Positions 12,761 to 25,010 of a stretch of DNA of 64,000 nt are shown piece after piece. Under the pieces are notes generated by a model that worked only from the letters and a program-made list of their open reading frames with translations, searched no databases and was not told the origin of the DNA. Origin of the DNA: Hormiphora californensis. Its lineage: Eukaryota > Animalia > Ctenophora. Within the stretch, counting starts at the first letter, position 1. Each line of letters starts with the position of its first letter. Where the stretch lies: the NCBI GenBank assembly GCA_020137815.1, contig CM035357.1, positions 4,030,001 through 4,094,000 on the forward strand. The letters are read 5' to 3'. Position numbers and translations under genes: made by a program.

Positions 12761-15702
12761 AAAGCAAGAGAGAGAGAGAGAGAGAGAGAGAAGCAGAGAG
12801 AGAGACAAAGAGAAAGAGAGATCTGCCATAAATCTCTGCTATATCCCACTTCAACTGTGTGTATGAAAATTGCGGCATGCGGGGGAAATTAGATGTATAC
12901 ACCTACTGGACAATATATAGGGATATATAAGCCAGGCCAGGGGGGTAGGGGTATAATCCACGTATTACAGTCCACGTGGTAATATACCATTGGTAACGAA
13001 GTTACCCCTCCCTTGCCGGTGTGCGAAGCGTGCCAAACGAAGGGTGCGACCAAGATAAAAAACACGGGCTCCAACCAAGATTGTTACAATGAAAACATAG
13101 ACCCTATAACCCAATACATAGGCTGTTTCTATTAGCCCTCTTGTCTATGTAGTTACAGAGGGAGAGAGGGTGAGATAGAAAGAGAGAGGGTGAGATAGAA
13201 AGAGAGATAGCAGCAATAAAATCTCTTAAAATCATTATACAGGCTGAGAACGGGATGTGTATCCTAACGCGGAATGTGATGAACCAGTACATTTTCCTGA
13301 TGCTATGGTGGGCCCTCGCCTTCATGTCATGTTTCAATGTGATCAATGTACTGGCTGGTATCAGCAAGATCTCCTTTTGCAGGGTGAGCGTTTGACTAGT
13401 TACCATAGTTACCATAGTTACTATCGTGGTTACTATGGTTACCATGGTTGCCAATTGTTTCCCTAGTTTGAAGTTTCTATGTAGAACAATTTCTTCAACT
13501 GCTCCACTGACATTTGGAGCTGTCAGTCTCAGTATAGTCACAAAAAATGCACATATTATATGCAGCATATATAAGTACCTAAACAGAGTGACACAAGTCA
13601 GTAACATCTGTCATATTAATGGTTAGATGAAATCTTTATCAAGTTAAGTAGTAAATATACTTGATATTTATTTATTCATTATTTATCGTAAACGAGCAAG
13701 TGGTGTTCATTATTCGTTACAACCGAAGTTATTACCTCAACCCCCCCCCCTCCTTAGGGAACATACAAAGAAGTGTTGGGGAAGACGTTTACAAGAGGAA
13801 AGCCAGAGTACAAACGGGTATTTGAGTCAGTGGGAGCAAATGGCCGTCTTATCATCCTGATGCTCGCTCGAAACTCCGACCCAACTTGTTTCAGAAAAAT
13901 AATGGACAATATTTGCCCTAAACTTATTGCAAACTGCCTACATGAATCTTAGAGATGTAACTATTCAACTAAAGTATTTTTAATCAGCGTGTGTGTTATG
14001 TGTATGTTGTAAAAAGTAGTTATGTAAATATTTTGTCAATTATCTAAGTTGTAGTACAGTTCTTTGATAGGGTTGGGCCAAAACATTAATTGGTCTATCA
14101 TTTTAAATACACATTATATAATACAAAAAAATTTCATAAACCCCGTATATTTTATTGAATATTATATTCTGAATGAATTTTAATAATGAATATAATATTC
14201 AGTAAAATATACAGGGTTTATGAAATAAATGAAATGAATTTATATAACATATTGTTAAAATAGCGTACGAGATGTCCTCCTAATTTAAAGACCCCTTTAA
14301 AGATTGATTCCCGAAATTCTAGAAATTACTGTTAAATTTCTTTGGATTCAGCCCCAGGACCCAGCCCTACTATGTACCGTATTATATGTTTCAGCTAATA
14401 ATCAGCTGACAATTACGGGGTTTTATGTTGTTTGGGGGGATGTGTACTTTGTATTAAGGCAGATTTTTATTAAATTCCAAAAAACCCCTTTTTTTTCAAA
14501 AGGGTTCTTGAACTACCAATTACCTTTCGTTTTAATTTAAGCGTTCGCTATTTCAAGAAACATTTTTTAAAATAAAAAACTTTTTTTCAAAAAACTAAAA
14601 AAAGGTTTGTTAGCAATCCCAACACAAAAAGAATTTCTCCTTTATCAAGAAACTAAACAAGTTAGGGGTGTTCTATTTTGTTGTGGCGTCCCTGAATTGT
14701 GTAATTTACATTTTAAAAGTTTCTTAAAAAAAAGTTTCTTACTAAAGCGTTTCTTAAAAAACGAGAGTAAGGTATATTCCAATGAATATAATATATTCAA
14801 TATATTCATCGATATTATGTGACCATGACCGGAGATAGTGCGAGTTGCAAAGAGCAATATATATTAATATATAAAGGTCCGGAGCAGCCGAGACTCTATA
14901 ATACTGCATTGAGCTGAGTGCAGTAGTAGTCTTTTCTTCTATAAATTCATTAAATTCATGTACATTCCTCTTTATTGAGAGCCATAGAAGTAGTATTCTG
15001 TAATAGAACACTATTTCTTATCCCTCATTTATCAACCAGAATCCCATTATAACCCTATACTTCCCACAAAACCAGTGAACACACAGACAAAACCAAACAA
15101 ACAAGATATTATATTCACTTACCATTTCCATAGCTTTTGCAGTTTTTAGATGCAGCATTTCTAAACCCAGGATGAAGTGCGATGTTCCGGTTGGTCATAC
15201 TCATATTCTCCCTGAAGCTCTCCAAACTTTTCTTGATCGCGTTACTCGTCAGGGACCCGGTGGAGAAGGCATTAGCAGCTAGGGCATTGGACACCAGGCT
15301 GCTACTTGCTTGGGACAGACTCGGATTTATACCAATTGCAAGGTACTTGCTATCAAGCTTGATAGGAACTGGCTTGTGTTGTCTCCAGAATTCCCGCCGT
15401 CTCTTGATGTTGGGGGATGTGGGGTCCAGGACTGCGCATAGGACGAGACAGGCAATGAAATCATCGGTTTCAATGTCAGCCACTAGGTGGTCTGTGTCTA
15501 CGTCGATAGCGAGTTCCTTGTTCTTCTTGCTGATGCTCTTTTCCTGGACAAGGGGAATGGGGGATTAGAGAGAGAGAGAGAGAGAGAGGAGAGTAGATCA
15601 GGAGAGAGAGACAAGAGAACGCGAGAGAGCGGATAGAAAGAGAAGAGAAAGAGAAAGATAAAGGAAGGAGAAAGAGAGAGAGAGAGGAGAGAGAGAGAGA
15701 GA

Positions 15703-15742
<40 letters not shown>

Positions 15743-15935
15743 CTCCTCTCGCTCTTCTCTCTCTACTCTCTCCTCTCTCTCTCTCTCTCTCTCTCCTCTC
15801 TCTCTCGTTTTTTTTTTTCTCTTTTTTTTTTTGTTTTTTTTTTTTTTTTGTTTTTTGTTTTTTTCTTTTTGTTTTTTTTTTTGTTTGTCTTATTTTTTTT
15901 TTTGTTTATTTTTTCTTTTATTATTTTTTTTTTTT

Positions 15936-15966
<31 letters not shown>

Positions 15967-17370
15967 GTTCTATTTTTTTGTTTCTATTTTCTTTCATTTT
16001 TTTCGTAGTTTTTTGTTTTTATTCTTGTTTTTTTGTTTCTCGCGTTTTTTTTTTTTTTTCTTTCGTTCTTGTTTTGTTTTTTTTTTTGTTTTTTTTTTTG
16101 TTATTTTTTTTTGTTTTTTTTTTTTTTTTGTGTTTTTTGGGGGGGGGACGTCAAGTCAACTTCACCTTTTATTTTGTGCCCCTATTTGCCCATCAATTTT
16201 TTCGCGCATTTTTTTTTTTTTGTTTTTGTGTTTTTGTTTTTTTTTAATATTGTTTTTCCCATTTTTTTTTTATCTTTTTTTTTTTTTTTTTTTTTCCCAT
16301 GATTAATGGGCAAAACTTACTTTTTATTTATCAAAACCGTGGGACGTTGGACTTTGTGCAAAATGGGCAAAAATGGTCCAAAAAAAAATCACAAACTCCT
16401 AACTACTATAACTCCTAACTAACATACTCCTCCTTCACCTTAAAACTACAACCAGATAACACAACATCCTGCACCTTACAATACATACTCATAGATAGGT
16501 TTAATAGCCACTATACTCGAAGCAGAATTTCACGCTGAGGAAGTGCTTATTTATTTTGTTTCTATGACGTTTTTCTGAACGCCATAAATCAAAAAACCTA
16601 AAATATTTGACTTCTAATTAGACACCTAATACTTCTGACCGAGTTTTTATAAAAATCAAAATTTGGGCTACTTCTCTCACACTTTAAGAGATGACCTCAC
16701 GCTATAGAGTTGAAAAAAAAACGACATATACCACTTAAACTTGCATTTCCCCTTTTTTTTTTTTGCCATTTTTGTTGGCCCTATGGGGCGAAACCAAAAT
16801 TCGCTGTGATTTATGGGCAAGGGCAAAAAAAAGGTGACGCCCCCCCCCCCCCCCCCCCAATAGAGGAGAGAGATAGAAAGAGAAAGCTAAATAGAGAGAG
16901 AAAGAGGATATAGAGAGGAGAAAGAGGAGAGAGAGAGAGAGGAAGAGAGGGAGAGATAGGATAGAGAGAGAGAAAGTTACAGAAAGTTACAGAAAGTGGT
17001 AGATAGAGTGCCAGGGGCCAGGGCCAGGTGTAATGAATAGAATAGAACTATATTCGAAGGGCCCAAGAATATTCTGAATAAATTGAATTAGCATCAATGG
17101 GGCACCAGGCCTGTGCATTGTGTGAAAGTTCAGAGAGAAAAGAAATGGACACCGTTATAGGAACCAAGCGTGGTTTTAGACCCTAAAATGTCTTATAAGA
17201 CAAATATCTCTTAGCATTACAGTGGACGAGCAAGCAAAATTGGAGTACATATTATTATCTTAAGATAATTAACTAATTACCGTTTCCTCGGCGTTAGGAA
17301 GGCGTTTCCGGTTGATGTTGGATGGTTGCTCCGCCTCTGTTAGTCTCATAATCTGGTCAAGCTGTTCCAT
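4258..17370 (-). CDS. Uncharacterised ~340-aa low-complexity (N/Q/A/S-rich) protein, possibly a nuclear regulator; host gene of the nested innexin
   Basis: Exons 17370-17281, 15543-15123, 5727-5563, 4873-4725, 4461-4258. All introns are GT..AG and the phases (0,1,1,0) join into one open frame: MEQLDQIMRL...DDFIACLVLCAV...KRRREFW...IKLESPLTS*. An acceptor AG lies 8 nt before the ATG. No recognisable domain; additional exons cannot be excluded. Confidence 0.7.
4560..4730 (-). repeat. Tandem repeat (~40 bp, ~4 copies) duplicating the exon/intron donor junction
   Basis: Unit acacacacctgatgttgctccttcataaaactatctgttg reads CATCAG|GTGTGTG on the minus strand, the same as the true donor at 4725/4724. 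Confidence 0.8.
6324..6368 (-). ncRNA. Minimal type I hammerhead ribozyme (inverted copy)
   Basis: Reverse complement of 7093-7137. It lies on the sense strand of the minus-strand host gene's intron. Confidence 0.85.
7093..7137 (+). ncRNA. Minimal type I hammerhead ribozyme
   Basis: cagtt (stem I) - CTGATGA - aataca attt tgtatt (stem II) - GAAA - c atgt g (stem III, palindromic ACATGT) - GTA cleavage triplet - aactg (stem I'). Located downstream of the PLE ORF, where such ribozymes are expected. Confidence 0.85.
7709..8274. mobile_element. MITE with ~33-bp TIRs
   Basis: gtaaagtcggattttttgaaactgtcgcccccc ... ggggggtgacagtttcaaaaaatcggactttac. A related end occurs at ~37172-37207. Confidence 0.65.
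8044..8217 (-). mobile_element. Small TIR element enclosing a tRNA-like sequence (8103-8178, minus strand)
   Basis: Perfect ~34-bp TIRs gtattctgaataatgagttcagagcaagaattaa. The interior on the minus strand has acceptor stem gggtttg/caaaccc, A box TAGCTTAGTGG and B box GGTTCAATTCC. The anticodon arm is degenerate. Confidence 0.7.
9773..13952 (+). CDS. inx: Innexin (gap-junction protein), ctenophore-type; one apparent +1 frameshift in exon 6
   Basis: Exons 9773-9899, 9985-10086, 10208-10329, 10493-10642, 11029-11106, 11284-11484, 12394-12514, 13243-13383, 13758-13952. Motifs VDDWWDQMNRS, CFGF...EDYCWTQGLYTI, HLWYQW, LFPKIAACEIKRWG, GMCILTRNVMNQYIFL. An extra base near 11406-11411 shifts TKF.. 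out of frame with YLIISTG. Confidence 0.93.
10771..10977. mobile_element. Hairpin MITE in innexin intron 4
   Basis: ~95-bp near-perfect inverted arms (ttctcggaacatgctcctct... / ...agaggagcatgttccgagaa) with a short spacer. Confidence 0.75.
12277..12393 (+). repeat. Tandem duplications of the innexin exon-7 acceptor
   Basis: Unit ~22 bp, taagaccat.ttttcagttaaa, ~4 copies, ending at the true ttttcag|tta acceptor. Confidence 0.75.
16139..16858. mobile_element. Oligo-G / oligo-C-ended TIR element
   Basis: (G)n acgtca ... tgacg (C)n, with TGCCC/GGGCA subterminal motifs. The internal segment 16498-16680 is similar to 44727-44932. Confidence 0.55.
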
Positions 17371-17378
17371 ACTTTTCC

Positions 17379-17480
17379 CTGAAAATAGGATAAATTGTAG
17401 ATCTCTGAAAATAGGATAAATTGTAGATCTCTGAAAATAGGATATTATAGATCTCTGAAAATAGGATATTTGTACATAGA
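17379..17480 (-). repeat. Tandem repeat (~26 bp x4) of the acceptor upstream of the minus-strand gene's ATG
   Basis: Unit ctgaaaataggataaattgtagatct reads ...cctattttcag on the minus strand. The first unit is the true acceptor. Confidence 0.8.
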
Positions 17481-18466
17481 TCATTCATTTTGACCAATGC
17501 AATATCACATCATGTGCTCTTCGTTCCCGCCAAAAACAATTGAAAATTATACTTTCCCGCCAAACAATATACAAATTCCCGCCATAATACAAGTATCATT
17601 ATTTTCATATACTAACCAGGGAACATAAGAGTAAACTGAGTTTTGTTCTTTAGGATGCTTTCTGGAGTTTTGACAGCAGCAGTGAGATCAGATCCAACGT
17701 GTAACATAGAGCAATATCATATAAGACGCATCAACTAGAATTATGGAGGGATAATTATTATACAAATGAACAAATTTCATTTTAATCGTAATGCAGTAAA
17801 CATGTATACATAATCATTGTAATAATAAACAATATGTAAATAATATATTGTACATGATAGGGCTTTGTAACCTGTATATAATATCATTAATTAATAACCA
17901 GCAAAAACCAGTATGTATTTCGATTTTCTTCTCTATTTAATTCTTGCACATATTTATAATATTTCATTATTGAATAGTTATAACCGATATAAAGTTAATG
18001 AGAAATATATTGTCTCACTCACTCTCTCATGAGAGCTGCTACAGATATATAAAAATGGGATGACATTATAATAGAAAAGAACCTGGAAAACTCCCGGGGT
18101 GGGGAGGGAGGCTACAAAACAAAAACAAAACACGACCATCAAAACGGGTGAACTACCTGCATACGGAGAACAGGAGAGACTGTGTGCTAGCGGACTGACG
18201 AAGATAGAGAGAGCGAGAGAGAGGAGAGAGAGAGAGAGGAGAGAGAGAGAGAGGATCTAGAGATAGCGAGAGCAGAGAGAGAGGAGCGAAAGAGAGCAGA
18301 GAGATAGATAGCGCGATAGAGAGTAGAGAGAGAGAGAGAGAGCGATAGAGATAGATATATAGAGAGTGCTATAGAGATGAGAAGAGAGAGAGAGAGAGAG
18401 ATAGATATTAGAGAGATAGATATCTATAAGATTGAGATAGATGAGAGAAGAGCAGATGCAATATAG

Positions 18467-18522
<56 letters not shown>

Positions 18523-18706
18523 AACAGTGTTCCGAGGATAATATGAATATTCCTGCATATTTCGCTACCGTAAATATATACGTGCGTACATGTGTGTGTG
18601 TGTTAGGTCTCTCTTTCTCTCTCGCTCACTTCTTTTATTCTTCTTGCCCTCCTTCACTCTGTTCCATTTCCAATCCCAGGCCATCTTCTCTCTCTCTCTC
18701 TCTCTC

Positions 18707-18769
<63 letters not shown>

Positions 18770-20779
18770 CATATCTCTCTCCCCATATCTCTCTCTCTCC
18801 CTCTCTCTCACAGTTGCTTTTCAAACCTAGTTCTAGAGAAGGATGATTTCAGATGGTTGATATGAAGGAAGGAACACTTAGCAGCGGCGCGTTATAATAT
18901 ATAATATACGTACATATCATCCTCCCATTATCCTATTTTTTTCTCTCTCACTCTCTCTTTCTCTCGCTCTCTCGCTCTTTCTTCCCCTCTCCTTTTCTCT
19001 CTCTGTATGATGAACTGCACGCAAGCTAGAGGGGTTTCATCGTAGCCTAGAAAATATAAATACTACTACGCAGAATAGGGTGGGCAGAATATTTAGAGAG
19101 AAAAAGATGGAGATACATAAAGCTCTATAATATCTCTAGGGAGGAAGAGACGTGCACAAAATAAGCGTAACGAAGATAGAAAGATGAAAATATAAAAAGA
19201 GGGATGAAAAGATAGGTGAGAGGTGTGTGAAGGGTGCCAATGGCAAGTAAAGAGCGGTGAGGTTCAAACAACATACAAAGAAATACCAAGAGTGAAATAT
19301 AGCATATAGTGTGCTACTGGGCTAGACAACATCTCTCATTAATTGAGGCAATAAAGCACTTATACAGCAGGTTCATCAATGTGATTTCATAATTTATTTA
19401 TCTATCTATTTATTTTATCAAGATCTCAAACGAATAGAATATCTTTTTCTCAGCTCTCCTCACTACCGGTATAAATTAGAGTGCTATGCTGGCAGTCCTA
19501 TATAATATTGCTATAACAGTAGACCTTACGACGCACGGATGGAATATGATCTTCACCAGAATAACGCATAAAATAGGTCTCCATATTACATAAATATATC
19601 ATATATACAATCGAATAATTTCAGTCACGTGACCGCCACAAAGGCAGTCACGTGTTAGTGAAGCGGCGGCGAGACACGTGACGCCAATATAGCACCAGTA
19701 GAATCACTCTGGAGCTGGGAGCAAAAAAAGAGAGAAAATTGAGAGACACAAAGAGAGAATGGGAAAGAGAGAGGGGGGAGAGGCAGGAAAAAAGTTTCAT
19801 ATTAGTTTTTGTGTACATACATATAAAATATTTAATAATATTAAATATATATATATATATATATATTAAAAGATAGGCATGGGAGGAAAAGAAGAGGGGT
19901 AGGGGTTGCTGAAAGGGGGGACAAAAGGGGGCGAAATGACCTAAGAAGAGAGGAAAAGAGGGAAAAGAAGGGGAAAAAAAAGAGAGAATAAGAAGAGAGA
20001 AAGAGAGAGAGAGAGAGGAGAGAAAAGACGGGGGGAAGGGGGAAGGAAAGCTAGAGAGAGATGAAGAGAGAAGAAGGGTAAAGGGGAAAAAAGAAAAGAG
20101 AAAGGGAGAGAAAAGGGGGAAAAATTTTTAAGGGACTATTTTTTGGGGAAAAAAAATTTTTTTTTTTGGCCCCAACCCCCCCCGGGGTTTTTTTTTAAGG
20201 TTTTTTTTTTGTTTTTTTTTTTTTTTTTTGGGGAAAAAAAAAAAAAATTCTTTTTATATTCATTAAAAATATTTTGTAAAATTGCTATCATTTCCTTCCT
20301 GGGTTTTTTAAAGCAAAACACTTTTTTCGTTTTTTACATTCTTGATCTCCCACGTGCAGTCAACGTTGCATGTTGAGAGAAAGTGAGAGAGGTAGAGAGA
20401 GAGAAAAAAAAAACTGGAGAAAGAAAATTGGTAAGCCAAAAACAGTAGGTTCAGCTCATTAAAAAAAGCCGTTTAAAAAACACTCGAACATTAATACTTC
20501 CCACAAAAAAGAAAATTTCAAAACTTCAATTCTAATCCGGGACAACCTCTTTATATTTGGAAATGTTCCTTCGAGGTGGCCGTTGGGTTTATGTGTCGGT
20601 AAAATGCTTTCCTTCAAAAATCTTTCATCCGTCCAAATAAGTAATCTGTAATACTGTTTTGTACTTTCTGCCATGGGAACCGAAATTGGGGGTGTCAACT
20701 ATTAAGGCCACCCGGTGGATTTTAACCGGTTTTTGTTTTTCTCACATAGACTCATGTGTTGGTCCCCGGGGTTTGTTTT

Positions 20780-22133
20780 GTTGTTTTTTTCGCCCAAAAG
20801 TTTTTCTGTTTGGCGTTATCACTTATTGTTTTAATATTTTCCCTAACAAAATTTTTGGCTTGGGGTCCCCTTTTTTTTTTGGGTCAATGCACCTTTGCCC
20901 TCTCCGGGTTTTTATCATTTCTTTCCCCTCGAACCAAATTTTTTCCCCCATTTCCCTTTCATTTCCCCTCCCTCCCCTTTTTCTTCCTCTCTCCTCTCCC
21001 TTCTTCCTCCCCATTCCCTTCTTTCTCTCCCCCTCTCTCCCCCTCTTTTCCTCTCTCTCTTTTCCTCTCCTCTTTTCTTCTCTTTTTCCCCTTATTTACC
21101 CCCTGATTTCCCCTCGATCATAATCCGTAACCCGGGGCCCCGGGGAAAAGGGGTCGTTTGCAACAAAATGGCCCTTTCCACCAACTAATTTTCCCGTTAT
21201 TTTTGGGATAATTGGGGTTTTTTTTGGTATTTTCTGATGTGAAATACATTAAAACATGTCTGGACGTACCGTGTAAAGACCGTCAGGAATCGCTAAATAC
21301 GAAAATTTCAATTTTGACGTCATTATGACGTCATAGCGTGACGTCACGACGTTATAACGTCAAGATAGGGATATATTATTATCAGGCTCATCTAGATAAA
21401 GATGCTGACCAAGTTTGAGATCGATTGAACAAGATTTGAGGTCGCTCTGGCGAAAAACGCATTATCGTCATATCTATTTTCATACAGTCTTAACACTTCA
21501 GACGCGATTTGAGACCCTTAGAAATAGAGTTTCACAAATTCGCGATATAGTTTCTGAAAGTATAGACGATTATCTTTCGCAAGTGCGGTCTCCGTTTTTC
21601 AATCAGAAGCCATCTTCAGGGTGTAAATTGAGCTCAAAGAAATTTGGTTGATTTGAAAAAACTCTTATCTTTATGACAGTTTGTTAAGACGTTCGGGTTG
21701 GACCTAGAACATGAAAACTATTCGTCTACACAATTTGAACGATTATCTTTCGAATGCAACAAACGAGAAGTGTCTATCTTTTGTCGTTTTCTCTCAAAAA
21801 TGATTATAAATTTGGTAAAAACAGCGTCTATCCATAGATAGATACATAGATACATAGATAGATAGACCCGGGACATTTATTGCTTTTTTCACGATGCCAT
21901 ATCTCTAAAACTAAAAGAGATAGAGACTTGCCCTTTTAAACTACAGTAGATCTAGACTATGTGACACTGTATACCAAATTTCAGACCGATCGGTGCAGCG
22001 GGGGCCTCCCTATGGGCGTCGCAAAATGCCATTTTTGGCTAAAAACTGAAAAAAGTTATTACTGCACTCTGGCACGCGCGGCTGGGGGGAAGGGATGGTC
22101 ACCTTTGCGCTTGCCAGCGCAGTGATATGTATA

Positions 22134-22173
<40 letters not shown>

Positions 22174-22295
22174 GCCAAAAACTAACAGAAATTAGTTGGC
22201 TGGAAAGGTGACCATTTTGTTGTCAAACTGACACCTTTGCCCTCTCCGGGTTTCATCATTATCTTTCCCTCTCTGATTTCTATCTCTCTCTTTCA

Positions 22296-22356
<61 letters not shown>

Positions 22357-25010
22357 TCTCTCTCTTTCTCTCTCTCTTTCTCCCTGATTTACCCCCTGAT
22401 TTACCCCATCGATCATATCCGTAACCCGGGCCGGGCAAAGGTGTCAGTTTGACAACAAAATGGTCACCTTTCCAGCCAACTAATTTCTGTTAGTTTTTGG
22501 CATAATTGGGGTATATTTTTGGTATTTTCTGATGTGAAATACAATGTAAGACATGTCTGGACGTACCGTGTAAAGACCGTCAGGAATCGCTAAAATACGA
22601 AAATTTCAATTTTGACGTCATTATGACGTCATAGCGTGACGTCACGACGTTATAACGTCAAGATAGGGATATATTATTATCAGGCTCATCTAGATAAAGA
22701 TGCTGACCAAGTTTGAGATCGATTGAACAAGATTTGAGGTCGCTCTGGCGAAAAACGCATTATCGTCATATCTATTTTCATACAGTCTTAACACTTCAGA
22801 CGCGATTTGAGACCCTTAGAAATAGAGTTTCACAAATTCGCGATATAGTTTCTGAAAGTATAGACGATTATCTTTCGCAAGTGCGGTCTCCGTTTTTCAA
22901 TCAGAAGCCATCTTCAGGGTGTAAATTGAGCTCAAAGAAATTTGGTTGATTTGAAAAAACTCTTATCTTTATGACAGTTTTTGTTAAGACGTTCGGGGTT
23001 GGAACCCAAAAACCAAAAAAACTAAAATTTGTCTAAAACAATTTTAACGATTATCTTTCGAATTGGGAAAAAACCCAAAAAAATGTCCCATCTTTTTTTT
23101 CCTTTTTTCCCCTCAAAAATGAATTTTATAATTTTTTGGGAAAAACAGCGTCTATCCCTAGATGGGTACATTAAAATCAAAAGATAGATAACCCGGGACA
23201 TTTTTTTTGCTTTTTTTCCCCGATGGGCCCTATCTCCCTTAAAAAATAAAAAAAAATGAAAATTGGCCCCTTTTAAAACCCAAAAAGTAGGGTCTAGACC
23301 CATTGCCCCTGTATAAAAACCCAAAATTTTAAAACCGAAAAGGTTTTTGTGGGGGGCCCCCCATATGGGGGGGTCCCCAAAATGCCCCTTTTTTGGGCCT
23401 TTAAAAAAAGACAAAAAAAAGTTTTTTTACTGCACCCTTTGGGACGGCGCGGGCTGGGGGGGGGGGAAGGGGGGGGGGTGGTCCCCCTTTGGGCGCTTTC
23501 CAAAACAGTTATATAATAAAATCAATAGAAAAATATAATATATTAAATATATATTATATTAATGATTTTAATATATATATAATTTTAATATATATTAAAA
23601 TTTTAAACCAAAAACCCAAAAAAAATTTATTTTGGGTGGAAAGGGGACCCTTTTTTTTGTCCCAAAATACCCGGGGGTTTAATTTTCCCTCTCCGGTTTT
23701 ATCATTTCTTTTCCCCCCCCTGAAAATTTTTATCTCTCTCTTTTCCCTTTTCTTTTTTCCCCCTCCCCTCTCTCTCCTCTTCTCTCTTCCCCTTCCCCCT
23801 CTTTTCCCCCTTTCTCCCCCTCTCTTCCTTTCTCTCTCTCTCTCCTTCTCCCCTCTTTCCCCTCTCTCTTTCTCCCTGATTTTTCCCCCCGATTTTCCCC
23901 CCATCGATTTATAAACCCCTAACCCGGGGGCCCGGGGAAAAGGGGTCAGTTTGAAAAAACCAAAATGGTCACCTTTTAACCCAACCCAAAATTTTTTTTT
24001 AGTTTTTTTTGGGATAATTGGGGGGAGTTTTTTTTTTTTTTTTTCTGATGTTTAAATACAAATTTAAGACATGTCTTGGGCTTACCCCCTTAAAGACCGT
24101 CAGGAATTTGCTAAAATACCCAAAATTTCAATTTTGACGTCCCTTAGGAAAAGTCTAGGTGACGTCACGCTTAAATGAAACGTCAAGAAGGATATTTTTA
24201 AACAGGGGTCATCTAGAATTTTAAAATGCTGACCAAGGGTTTTGAGTCGATTTTAACCCAAAATTTGAGGTCGCTTGGCGAAAAACGCATTAAACGTCAA
24301 TCTATTTTCTACAGTCCTTTTAAAACTTCAGAAAAAAGCGATTTAGACCCTTAGAAATAGAGTTTTTTACAAAATTTGCATATAGGTTTTTTGAAAATAA
24401 AGACGATTATCTTTCGAATTGGTCCCCCGTTTTTTTAAACAAAAAGGGCCCTCTTTTAGGGTGTAAATTGACTTTAAAGGGAAATTTTTGGGTTTATTTG
24501 AAAAAAAATCTTTTTTATGACGTTTTTTTTTAAAACGTTTGGGGTTTGGGCCTAGAAAATTTAAAACTATTCGTCCCACCCACTTTTTTAACGATTTTCT
24601 TCGAAAGCAACCCAAAGAGAAATGTCTATCTTTTGTCGTTTTTTCCCCAAAAATGAAATTTAATTTGGTAAAAAAAAGCGTCTATCCTAGATAGATACTT
24701 TTATACCCTAGATAGATAGACCCGGGACTTTTTTTGTTTTTTTTACGATGCCATATCTCTAAAAAATTTAAAAAAGATAGAGACTTTTCCCCTTTTAAAA
24801 TAAAAGTAGATTTTTTTTGATATTTGACACGTATACCAAATTTCCCGACCGATCGTTTCAGGGGGGGCCTCCCCAAAGGGCGTCGCAAAATGCCATTTTT
24901 TTGGTAAAACTGAAAAAAATTTTTACTGCCCCTTTTGGCACGCGCGGGGGCTGGGGGAAGGGGGTCACACCCTTTTCGGGTTTTTCCCCGAGGGGGAAAA
25001 TTTTATATAT
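20780..25010. repeat. ~1.3-kb unit in 3 tandem copies (TIR MITE + Helentron/DINE-like body + (TA)n); outer parts corrupted by homopolymer errors
   Basis: Identical ORFs at 21415 and 22713 give a period of 1298 bp. A clean MITE with ~70-bp TIRs lies at 22170-22506. The body has a (GATA)n tract and a terminal short inverted repeat/hairpin at 22058-22126. Confidence 0.7.

Noticed and set aside
21415-22949. Duplicated 78-aa ORFs
   Set aside because: TTG-initiated chance ORFs within tandem repeat copies; no recognisable domain.
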